Below are positions 53,060 through 61,012 of a stretch of 64,000 nucleotides of DNA, in pieces; position 1 is the first letter of the stretch, and the number at the start of each line of letters is the position of its first letter. The DNA is from a virus: the IMG/VR virus record IMGVR_UViG_3300045988_160113, positions 64,001-128,000 of that record; one strand, written 5' to 3'. The notes below the pieces were generated by a model, which was not told the DNA's origin, did no database searches, and was given only the letters and a program-made list of their open reading frames with translations. The position numbers and the translations under genes were made by a program.

Positions 53060-53464
53060 GTGGTATTATTGTTTAGAATTATTGGAAGTTTTTATTTGTT
53101 TGTTTGTTTTTTCAATATTCTTTACTTTATTGTAGTTATTACTGATACACTCAGAGAAGTGAATAATGGTTTACATGAACTACAGCAGAATATTGATACC
53201 GTAACAAATGGAAAGATGGATATTGAGATTCCTTTAGTTGGAATTAGTGTGATAAAATCATGGCCTTATTTACTTCATTCTATTATTCCTATTTGGCATT
53301 TGGCTCTCTTTTATACTTTTATTACAAAGAGAGATAAAGTTTATAATACTTTTTATACAGTGTTTCAAGGTAAGGCTGTCAAAAATGTTAGCGAAGTTAT
53401 GGAAAGTATTGGTGTAAAAGACTTCGGCAAAGAAATGGAGGAAAATCATGACGACGTTTTATGA
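53060..53464 (+). CDS. membrane protein
   Basis: Hydrophobic N-terminus; start uncertain (GTG 53060 or TTG 53069 after AAGGAG). Confidence 0.5.
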   Translation: MVLLFRIIGSFYLFVCFFNILYFIVVITDTLREVNNGLHELQQNIDTVTNGKMDIEIPLVGISVIKSWPYLLHSIIPIWHLALFYTFITKRDKVYNTFYTVFQGKAVKNVSEVMESIGVKDFGKEMEENHDDVL

Positions 53465-53705
53465 AATTAGAGCAGAATACTTTGATACGGATAATAAGGA
53501 TAGTAATGTTGGTACATTTAGGGGTTATGTTTGTGCACAGAACTATGCTAATGCCGCGGCAATTGTTGAAAAAGAGTTTGAAGGAATTTTGATTAGTATG
53601 AGTTTACTTGAAACTAACTGCGGCCCTATTCTAGATGTAGACGATACTGGTCCTGATAAAATTGATTGGAAGATTAGGGAGAATGGTGGTAAGAATGAAG
53701 AATAA
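53448..53705 (+). CDS. hypothetical protein
   Basis: 85 aa. Confidence 0.55.
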   Translation: MTTFYEIRAEYFDTDNKDSNVGTFRGYVCAQNYANAAAIVEKEFEGILISMSLLETNCGPILDVDDTGPDKIDWKIRENGGKNEE

Positions 53706-53865
53706 ATCTTTCAATCAGGAGACTTGGGAGAAAGCTATTGAAAAACTTCATGAATTAGGAATTAGTACAGTTCATGAAGATGGAACTCTTTTGACTGGTT
53801 ATGAACTTTTAGAAGCAATGGCTGAAAAATGGTCTGAATTGGAGGGAATTTTCAATGAAGAATAA
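53695..53865 (+). CDS. hypothetical protein
   Basis: ATG 53695 (MKNKSFNQETWEK). Confidence 0.5.
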   Translation: MKNKSFNQETWEKAIEKLHELGISTVHEDGTLLTGYELLEAMAEKWSELEGIFNEE

Positions 53866-54214
53866 AGAAGTTCTCAAGTTACGTCGTAAAATTTGTAAAG
53901 GTTTTCGCGTGCTGAATAATAATCTTCGTGATGATTATCTTTGGCGTGGTAGATTTGAAGTACGTATGAAAGATTTCCAATATAGGAAATATTTCGATAA
54001 TAGTGGTTATCAAGTTTGGGTCTGCGCGCAGTTTATTGACCATAAGACTGGTCAAACTAAAGACCTGTGGGGAAATTATTTTGATTGGACTAGTGGTTGG
54101 AAAGTATTCGTAGCAATGAATGTTTTTATTGTTGAAGATTGCCATGTTTGGGAATATGATAAAGAAGACCCAAACTATCCAACTAATGATAAAACTGTGT
54201 ATAGGAGTAAATGA
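53855..54214 (+). CDS. hypothetical protein
   Basis: 119 aa. Confidence 0.55.
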   Translation: MKNKEVLKLRRKICKGFRVLNNNLRDDYLWRGRFEVRMKDFQYRKYFDNSGYQVWVCAQFIDHKTGQTKDLWGNYFDWTSGWKVFVAMNVFIVEDCHVWEYDKEDPNYPTNDKTVYRSK

Positions 54215-54215
54215 T

Positions 54216-54527
54216 ATGACTTACGAAGAGTTTCTGGATTTTGTCAAGGGCTATGATGAGTTCAATAATTATGTGAATAGTCTATATGAATTGGGTATGG
54301 TAACTGATGATTGTCCTATTATGGAAATGTACGGTTATTATGCCAAGGCGATTTGTAAGAATTTTGGTGCGGACTATGCTTGGTTTTTGAATTGGGCAGA
54401 TGATAAGTGCCTTCATGTCAAAGACTATAGTGATAATCATCCTGGTATTGATTTTTGGGTGCGCGATGGCTTGGAAATGTATAAGTTCCTACAATCTGAG
54501 ACTGCGCGCGAAGAGTGCTGGATTTGA
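54216..54527 (+). CDS. hypothetical protein
   Basis: ATG 54216 after AGGAG. Confidence 0.55.
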   Translation: MTYEEFLDFVKGYDEFNNYVNSLYELGMVTDDCPIMEMYGYYAKAICKNFGADYAWFLNWADDKCLHVKDYSDNHPGIDFWVRDGLEMYKFLQSETAREECWI

Positions 54528-54536
54528 TAAGCAAAT

Positions 54537-54565
54537 TTGAAATTTTCTCAAACTTATTATATAAT
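54537..54565 (+). promoter_or_regulatory. promoter cassette
   Basis: TTGAAA, 17 bp, TATAAT; leader ATATGTAGAAAGTGAGAGAG. Confidence 0.65.
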
Positions 54566-54571
54566 ATATGT

Positions 54572-54780
54572 AGAAAGTGAGAGAGAAAAAGATAATAAAA
54601 TTCAGAAGGGCGTTCACTTCTCTATAAGGATAAAGAATAGTCCATACCTCTCAAAGTGCTATTCAATAAGGTTAGATTATAAGTAGGTATGATAGTTCTG
54701 CTAATAAACTTGAATAGAGTCAATGACGTTGTGGCTTTGATTGTATGATACCTCCAAAAGAATTTTATTAGAAAGAAAGT
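54572..54780 (+). ncRNA. structured leader or small RNA of about 200 nt between a cassette leader and a second leader copy
   Basis: CTATTCAA...TTGAATAG (8 bp) and CATACCT...AGGTATG helices; a second GAAAGAAAGTGAGGGAAAAG RBS-leader at 54770-54790 precedes the next ATG. Confidence 0.4.
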
Positions 54781-54793
54781 GAGGGAAAAGAAT

Positions 54794-55165
54794 ATGTATG
54801 CTTATTTTTGTTTGACTGCTGAATACACTGTCAAGGATGGTGAAAAAATCGACGAAGCCAAAGAAAGCGATTGTCTTTATGATGTTTCCATTGACGCTAA
54901 AATCGATTTTGACTATTCTGCTGCGCGAAAAGTGAAAGTTGGTAGGCTTGGCGATATTCTTGATGATACTTTTGAGTGGAATACTTACTACGAAGATATT
55001 CTAAGACTTAGCCGTGAACACCCAAATGTTCTCTTTGACCTTTACTATGAAGATACAGAAGAGTTCGCAAGCGCGCATATCTACTTTATTGCTGGACTTT
55101 ATCAGTATAGTCCTGCGATTGTAAAGTATGAAGAGTTTGACTCGAATAAATTATGTTCATATTGA
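54794..55165 (+). CDS. hypothetical protein
   Basis: ATG 54794. Confidence 0.55.
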   Translation: MYAYFCLTAEYTVKDGEKIDEAKESDCLYDVSIDAKIDFDYSAARKVKVGRLGDILDDTFEWNTYYEDILRLSREHPNVLFDLYYEDTEEFASAHIYFIAGLYQYSPAIVKYEEFDSNKLCSY

Positions 55166-55178
55166 GAGGAGATTGATT

Positions 55179-55367
55179 ATGAGAGACCCTAATCGTATTT
55201 ATGTTATTTGTTCTCAGATTGCTAAAGCTTGGTATGATAATGTCCCTGATTGGCGTTTTACTCAGATGTTATGTAATTTTCTCTCTTATATGGGTTCCGA
55301 TTGTTTCTATATGGAAGATGAAGTATTTATGGAAAAATTCAACGAGTATATGAGGACACTTGTATGA
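55179..55367 (+). CDS. hypothetical protein
   Basis: ATG 55179 after GAGAGGAG. Confidence 0.55.
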   Translation: MRDPNRIYVICSQIAKAWYDNVPDWRFTQMLCNFLSYMGSDCFYMEDEVFMEKFNEYMRTLV

Positions 55368-55534
55368 ATGTATTTTTACTTCGAGTTATATTGACAATTC
55401 TTATCGGTTCTTTTTGGTATGAAGCCAAAAGAATTTTTGAATTAGAGAAGAGAGAAAATGGCGCGCGAATATTTATGTATTGTTATACGGTGCTGTTGAT
55501 TTTGGTACTGTGTTTTATTTGGTTTTTGATGTGA
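55364..55534 (+). CDS. small two-TM membrane protein (56 aa)
   Basis: MNVFLLRVILTILIGSFWY...VLLILVLCFIWFLM; ATGA overlap. Confidence 0.45.
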   Translation: MNVFLLRVILTILIGSFWYEAKRIFELEKRENGARIFMYCYTVLLILVLCFIWFLM

Positions 55535-55550
55535 AAGGAGAGTGATGTGT

Positions 55551-56112
55551 ATGGCAATCTGGATTACTTCAGATTGGCATTAGGCATTTTTGCCATGATA
55601 GAGAATTTCTTTATAAGCCACGCGGTTTTGATAATATTCAAGATATGAATCGTGCAATTATTCAGAGGCATAATAAACTGGTAAACTGGGATGATGATGT
55701 CTATACTCTTGGTGATTGTATGCTCAATAATAACGATGAGGGAAGAAGTTGCATTGCTCAGTTGAATGGACAAATTCATATTATTAGAGGAAACCACGAC
55801 AGTAATGGCCGTATGGAAATCTATCGTGGCCTTCATAATGTAGTTGAAGTGTGCGAAGGTAAATTCCTGCGCAATGGAAAATACCATTTCTATCTTTCTC
55901 ATTATCCTTGTCTTACGAGTAATTGGGATGAAGATAAACCTCTCAAGGCGCGCATGACGAATTTGTGTGGTCATAGTCATACTAAAGACCATTTTGCAGA
56001 CTGGGGCAAAGGTCTAATTTTTCATTGTGAAATGGATACAAATAATTGTGAACCCATTCTTCTTGATGATATTATCAAGAAAATTGAAATCAAGTTAGGA
56101 GAAAATAAATGA
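55551..56112 (+). pseudogene. calcineurin-like metallophosphoesterase with an internal frame change
   Basis: MAIWITSDWH (motif I, frame of 55551) hits TAG at 55581. The remainder, RHFCHDREFLYKPRGF...GDCM...RGNHDSN...CGHSH, continues in the +1 frame (track ORF 55645-56112). Confidence 0.6.
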
Positions 56113-56477
56113 ATACTGGAAAAATTATTGCTCTCGGTGCAGTGAGTGCTATTGCTATCAATGCGCTTGGTTATTTTGCGATGAATACCGGCATTGGCTA
56201 TAATATTATCGTATTTGGCTGTATTGCCATTGTGGAAGTTCTTGCTATTATTGCTTTTGTGAAGTGGATTTTTGCTCCGCGCGCGGAAGAAAAGATTACT
56301 TCTCGTGGTAAGCGCGCACCATCCAATGCTTTCAAAGATGGCGATGTGGCACTTTATAATTCCGATACTGGTGATTATGATGTGCTTAGTGATTACGAAG
56401 CGCCTGATATTGACCTAAAGGAAGCATATGATAACCTCGATAAGACACTTGAGAATTGTGATGTAAAGGAGAACTAA
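56109..56477 (+). CDS. membrane protein
   Basis: Two TM segments in the N-terminal half. Confidence 0.55.
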   Translation: MNTGKIIALGAVSAIAINALGYFAMNTGIGYNIIVFGCIAIVEVLAIIAFVKWIFAPRAEEKITSRGKRAPSNAFKDGDVALYNSDTGDYDVLSDYEAPDIDLKEAYDNLDKTLENCDVKEN

Positions 56478-56478
56478 A

Positions 56479-56982
56479 ATGCTTGTTGTTCTTGTTGGCC
56501 CTTCGTATAGTGGTAAGTCAACTGTATGTGAATTTTTCAAGAGATATTATAAGATGCAGGAACTTCCTATGTATGTTGTTTGTCCTGATGATATTCGTGA
56601 AGAACTTCTTGGTGATGCTAGCGACCAGTCAAATGGCAAGATGATTTTTGAGACTGCTTATGAAAGAGTAGACAAGGCACTAAATTCTTCTTTGAATACT
56701 GTTTTCTTTGATGCTACTTCGCTTACTCCTGCGCGCAGAAAGCCTCTTATTGAAATTGCGAAGAAACATAAAACGTGTTGCTTTGCCGTGGTTATGCCTA
56801 ACTTTACTGAAGAAGAACTCACTGCGCGCGCAGCAACTCGTGAACGTAAGGTTCCTTTAGATGTGGTCTACGCGCAGAAACAGAGAATGATTTATCCTAA
56901 TGTTGAAGAAGGCTTTGATTATACTATGGAGATTCCGAAGTCTTCATTGGATATTATGAAGGAGCGACTAAATGATTGTTAG
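56479..56982 (+). CDS. P-loop kinase (polynucleotide-kinase-like)
   Basis: MLVVLVGPSYSGKST Walker A at the N-terminus; about 167 aa. Confidence 0.55.
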   Translation: MLVVLVGPSYSGKSTVCEFFKRYYKMQELPMYVVCPDDIREELLGDASDQSNGKMIFETAYERVDKALNSSLNTVFFDATSLTPARRKPLIEIAKKHKTCCFAVVMPNFTEEELTARAATRERKVPLDVVYAQKQRMIYPNVEEGFDYTMEIPKSSLDIMKERLNDC

Positions 56983-57568
56983 TATTCTTGCTATTCTTGC
57001 TATTGTAATATTCACTGGTTCGTTTATTACCAATTTTATTTTTCGTTATCAAGCATATAAGAAAAATGACCATTATTTTTATCATGACACTTGGTATGGA
57101 GATAAACCTAAAATTTGGGCTTATTTTGGAGAATGGCTTTTGCTAATTCTTGTCATTGGTTTTTTATATGTTTTTATCAGTTTTGGTATTTATATATTTA
57201 CTGAGGGTTCAGATAATTTTACCCATTATGAAAAAGATAATGAATGGACTATTTATGCTTTAGATGATTCCATTGGTGCAAGTGGAAGATTTTTCCTTGG
57301 TAGCGGCAGAATTGATTCAGATATCTATTATTATTATGTTTATAATACTGTTCATGGGCAGAAAATTGGAAAGCTTCGCGCTTCTAATGTATATCTAAAA
57401 TATGATGATGATAACCATTATATTGAAAAGTATAGTAGGCATTATAATGATGATTTGAAGACTAAACTATTGGTAACTCAGTTATTCACTAAATGCGAAG
57501 ATAGTTATTATGTTATTTATATTCCAGAAGGTAGTATTACAAATGATTTTACTGTTGATTTACAGTAA
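56972..57568 (+). CDS. membrane protein
   Basis: Two TM segments (ILAILAIVIFTGSFITNFIF; LLLILVIGFLYVFISFGIYIF). Confidence 0.55.
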   Translation: MIVSILAILAIVIFTGSFITNFIFRYQAYKKNDHYFYHDTWYGDKPKIWAYFGEWLLLILVIGFLYVFISFGIYIFTEGSDNFTHYEKDNEWTIYALDDSIGASGRFFLGSGRIDSDIYYYYVYNTVHGQKIGKLRASNVYLKYDDDNHYIEKYSRHYNDDLKTKLLVTQLFTKCEDSYYVIYIPEGSITNDFTVDLQ

Positions 57569-57583
57569 TTTAGTAACTAAAAT

Positions 57584-57612
57584 TTGAAATTTTCTGAAGT
57601 ATATGATATAAT
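57584..57612 (+). promoter_or_regulatory. promoter cassette
   Basis: TTGAAA, 17 bp, TGATATAAT; leader ATATATAGAAAGTGAGAGAAAG. Confidence 0.65.
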
Positions 57613-57639
57613 ATATATAGAAAGTGAGAGAAAGAGAAA

Positions 57640-57843
57640 ATGAGAATTCTTTTTATTATACTGTTTATCATTGGTGTTGCAGTTTTTCTTTTTTGTTTTA
57701 TTCAATGGTGTTTTGCTTTGGCTAATATTAGTAGTAAAAATGATTCAAAAGAAATTGAAAGAATACTTTATTGGAATCTGTGGATTGCATTTTCTGCTCT
57801 TTATATAAACATTATCAATATTTTATTCAAACTTTGTGTATGA
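57640..57843 (+). CDS. small membrane protein
   Basis: 67 aa, two TM segments. Confidence 0.55.
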   Translation: MRILFIILFIIGVAVFLFCFIQWCFALANISSKNDSKEIERILYWNLWIAFSALYINIINILFKLCV

Positions 57844-58016
57844 AGAAAAAAATTATGAAGAAGAAGATTGTTGAAAAGTTATCTGAACTTGAGAGACGAG
57901 ATAAATTCTTCACTGAGTTAGAAGAAACTTGTCCCATTCATTATGAAGGAACAGATATTGTAGCAGATGTTTCTCTTGATGTGGAATTTATCTTTCAAAA
58001 TTTGAAAAATTCATAA
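57840..58016 (+). CDS. hypothetical small protein
   Basis: ATG 57840 (MKKKIMKKKIVEK), ATGA overlap. Confidence 0.45.
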   Translation: MKKKIMKKKIVEKLSELERRDKFFTELEETCPIHYEGTDIVADVSLDVEFIFQNLKNS

Positions 58017-58030
58017 ATCTTTGCTATAAT
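58002..58030 (+). promoter_or_regulatory. promoter cassette
   Basis: TTGAAA, 17 bp, TGCTATAAT; leader ATTTATAGAAAGTGAGAGAG. Confidence 0.65.
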
Positions 58031-58059
58031 ATTTATAGAAAGTGAGAGAGGTAAACAAA

Positions 58060-58272
58060 ATGAATAGAAGTGAGTTCTTTGAATTAGTTCATGATGTTGT
58101 TGATACATATGGTGTTTATTCTTGCCTTGATAATGAGGATGACATTGAAGAGAATAATCTCTGGTTCAACTGTCCAAATTGTGGAGACCCAATTTTGTAT
58201 GACGATTTCAAGAACGACAAAGACCTTCATGCCGGCTTCTGTCCGATTTGTGAATCTCAACTTTTTGATTGA
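58060..58272 (+). CDS. small zinc-ribbon protein
   Basis: CPNCG...CPIC; ATG 58060. Confidence 0.55.
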   Translation: MNRSEFFELVHDVVDTYGVYSCLDNEDDIEENNLWFNCPNCGDPILYDDFKNDKDLHAGFCPICESQLFD

Positions 58273-59419
58273 TAAATCCTTTCAATACTCGAATGGTCGG
58301 TGAGAGTATAAATAACCTGACTACCATGGTGAAACGGTAGTAGCCAACCAGTATAGAGGAGTTCGATTCTCTGAACCGCGGCGTTCGACTCGTCCGGTGC
58401 GAGGGCAAAACTGGTATAGCGCGAAGAAATTGGAGAGCCAGATGACGCGCTACTCTCTGATGCTGGTCAGTCTCACGTCTTGCAGAAAGCATCTAAAACA
58501 CGGGGTACGCTGAGCATTAGTCGATGCGGCGGCTTCCTAGGAGAGTTCTAACCTAGGCCAAGGTTTATGAACACCGCAAGTAAGGTTCTTCTTTTCGAGG
58601 GTGATGTATTGTGAGGAAGGGCTGAAAGACTTAGATGGGAAGTAATGATGATTACTCGATCTAAGTGTGTAGAAAATTAGAATCGAAGACCTCGTAGCGG
58701 CCGTAGCGAGGCTACCGTGTGGACGGTAATCGTGTCCTCCAAAGTGCTAGGCAAAGCGGGCATACAGAGTGGTGATTGAACAGTTATTGGCTAGTCCACT
58801 CATTGAAGCTACTAATCCTGACGTCGGAGGTAGTAGTTGACGGCAATCAAAAAGATTGTAAGTCCATGGAACTAATGCGCTGTGCTCATTGTCTATGGCA
58901 TGACTGTGAAGACTCAATAGGATGTCTTCCAAAACGATGTGAGAAGTCGTGCAGAGTGGTGATAACACTAGCCCACTCAATAAATCCAGATGATACTGGT
59001 TGAGTTGTGTGTAAGGAAGAGGTAAGGTTGGTGTGCGGTATATAAAGAAGGCCGTGATTAGCATACAACAAAAAATACAGACGAGGGGTTAGGTAATGTG
59101 ATGGATTCGGCGGGTGAAAGTCCCGTGGAGGTAGTCTGTATTCTAATTCTAATTCTAAAAACCTACATAGAAGTAATTCCACCTTGAGAAGGGTCGTCAT
59201 TCGACGAAGTATAAGTTGAGTACTACTTATACTAATAAAACAGACTGGTGGTTGAGTAGGTCATCTGGATTCTTCTAATAGGTAGCAGTCACCTACGTCA
59301 AGCGGGCCTTGTATCACGGTTTCCCGCGGAAGGCTGTAGACTGTGAGAGTGTGATAGTAAATGGGAACAGGGGAGGCCCTCAAGCACACGGGCGAGCGCA
59401 CGCCTTTCTCCCTATATAT

Positions 59420-59488
59420 GCTTAGTTGGTGTAAGGGGTAGCATAAGCCGCGGAAGCGGAGACTCTGGTTCGAACCCAGAACTAAGCA
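59420..59488 (+). ncRNA. tRNA-like module with anticodon arm replaced by a GNRA-capped hairpin
   Basis: GCTTAGT/ACTAAGC acceptor; GTGT-AAGGGGTA-GCAT D arm; CCGC-GGAA-GCGG; TCTGG-TTCGAAC-CCAGA T arm; no CCA. Confidence 0.45.
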
Positions 59489-59567
59489 CAGTAATGTGGT
59501 AACTACCATGCTCAACGCGCGAGAGTACCCGGAAGGTAGTTGACAGCCAGGAAAGACTGGCAGGCCT

Positions 59568-59636
59568 GGTCGATTAGTGTAACGGTAGCACGCCATCCTT
59601 TTATGGAGGAAGAGAGGTTCGACTCCTATGCGATCT
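59568..59636 (+). ncRNA. degenerate tRNA-like module (UUU-type loop)
   Basis: GTGT-AACGGTA-GCAC D arm; CCATC-CTTTTAT-GGAGG (one mismatch); AGAGG-TTCGACT-CCTAT; poor acceptor pairing; no CCA. Confidence 0.35.
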
Positions 59637-59745
59637 CAATTATTTATTAGGTAGTCATTACTCCATCGCGAGGAGCCTAAACAAGAGTAAAAGAATGACT
59701 GGCACTCTGGAAAGACGGAGAGACGTCTATAAAGAGGTAGTTGAT

Positions 59746-59952
59746 ATGGATTGGAAAGAAGTTGTTATTTGTGCGCCAGAGGACGCCGTAAAGAAAGCAA
59801 TAAAGTTTTGTGAAAGTCATGAGTGCGTGGAATGTCCAATTCATATCAATGATATTGAGCATAGAACAAAGTATGATAAATGTTGTGAATTTGTTCCTTG
59901 TGTGGCTAATTTGATTTATGAGTTGGTTGTGCACCCACATTATGAACTTTAG
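59746..59952 (+). CDS. small Cys-rich protein
   Basis: ATG 59746 after AAGAGG; CAPED...CESHECVECP...CCEFVPC. Confidence 0.5.
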   Translation: MDWKEVVICAPEDAVKKAIKFCESHECVECPIHINDIEHRTKYDKCCEFVPCVANLIYELVVHPHYEL

Positions 59953-59955
59953 TTT

Positions 59956-59994
59956 GGTCGGTTAGTCAAGTGGGCTAAGACACAAGGTTTTGGA
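59956..59994 (+). tRNA. tRNA-Gln (UUG), 5' half of a split gene
   Basis: GGTCGGT-TA-GTC-AAGTGGGCTAA-GAC-A-CAAGG-TTTTGGA. Confidence 0.6.
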
Positions 59995-60123
59995 GATGGT
60001 AATATAGCAATTATTGATTCTTACAGTAAAGAAGAATTAGAAAGTATTATCAAAAGTTCTTATTCTTATAAAGAAGTTCTTGAAAAATTAGGTTATTATA
60101 GTCATAGCGGAAGTTCTTATAAA

Positions 60124-60732
60124 ATGCTACAAGATAGAATTCAAAAATATAATATAGATATATCTCATTTTACTAAGAAAAAGAATATTGTTCGGAATGA
60201 AGAGAATATATTTATAAAAGATTCTACTGTTTCTCAGCATTGTTTACGAGATTGGTATTTGAAAGGTAAATATACTGAGTATAAATGCTCTATCTGTGGA
60301 CAGGAACCTTTTTGGCAAGGTAAGCCTCTTACGCTTATTTTGGATCACATAAATGGGAAAAACCATGATGATAGATTGGAAAATCTTCGATGGGTTTGTC
60401 CTAATTGTAATCAACAATTAGATACTACTGGCTATAGAAAATTCAGAACGGAACAAAAAAGCAAGAAAGAATATTTTTGTTCAAATTGTGGTAAAAAAAT
60501 ATCTAAAGGTTCTACTTTATGTGTAGAATGTTTAGGGAAAACTAACCGGATTTGTGAACGACCGAATAGACAAGAATTGAAAAATATGATAAGAACAATG
60601 AACTTTGTTGATATTGGTAAAAAATATAATGTATCTGATAACGCTATTAGAAAATGGTGCGATACTTATAATTTGCCTCGGCTTGCTACACTTATAAAAC
60701 AAATTCCCGATAACGAATGGGAAAAAATCTAA
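60124..60732 (+). CDS. HNH homing endonuclease inside the split tRNA-Gln gene
   Basis: LILDHINGKNHDDRLENLRWVCPNCN (HNH) plus Cys4 ribbons. The frame is open from 59953 through the tRNA 5' half, and upstream residues NIAIIDSYSKEELESIIKSSYSYKEVLEKLGY look like part of the protein, so the true start is probably upstream or non-ATG. Confidence 0.8.
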   Translation: MLQDRIQKYNIDISHFTKKKNIVRNEENIFIKDSTVSQHCLRDWYLKGKYTEYKCSICGQEPFWQGKPLTLILDHINGKNHDDRLENLRWVCPNCNQQLDTTGYRKFRTEQKSKKEYFCSNCGKKISKGSTLCVECLGKTNRICERPNRQELKNMIRTMNFVDIGKKYNVSDNAIRKWCDTYNLPRLATLIKQIPDNEWEKI

Positions 60733-60769
60733 CCTTGGAACAGGAGTTCGATTCTCCTACCGACTCCCA
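60733..60769 (+). tRNA. tRNA-Gln (UUG), 3' half of a split gene
   Basis: CCTTG-GAAC-AGGAG-TTCGATT-CTCCT-ACCGACT-C-CCA; joined to 59956-59994 it gives a canonical 76-nt cloverleaf. Confidence 0.6.
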
Positions 60770-61012
60770 CGAGTGAGCATTGGGCCAACTAACACTCTCA
60801 AAAATGATTGTCCCTTCTTCACCCTCCGCGTGGGCTACTCATAGCACAGAGACCACAAATGCGCGGCCATTATCAAAAGTCAAAAATCCTTGGCTTTGTA
60901 TAAGTATAGTTCTACTGGTTGAGCAACAGTATGATAATACTTTAGTTTGATGGTTGATGTGTAGAGACTTTACTTGGTTCGGCTCGGAAGTGGGTAAAGT
61001 CTTGATTTATTT

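Larger units (their letters stand above)
58273..59745 (+). ncRNA. large (about 1.45 kb) ORF-free, GC-enriched candidate structured RNA region with tRNA-derived modules
   Basis: Only overlapping, mostly antisense, compositionally odd ORFs; duplicated hairpin GAGTGG...CCACTC (58769-58800, 58954-58978); T-arm-like elements; shares a motif with 43446-43482. Confidence 0.55.

Noticed and set aside
58208-59596. ORFs 58208-58492, 58747-59064, 58886-59200, 59261-59596 (all minus) and 58776-59003 (+)
   Set aside because: They overlap one another, lie opposite to the transcription direction of the whole arm, are R/L/S/P-rich, lack RBSs and overlap tRNA-like folds. They are better explained as noncoding structured sequence.
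59995-60732. Interpreting the tRNA-Gln insertion as a standard group I intron
   Set aside because: The insert ends ...GGGAAAAAATCTAA with no terminal G adjacent to the 3' exon, is almost wholly ORF and is AT-rich with no obvious P3-P9 core. It is kept as an open question rather than annotated as an intron.
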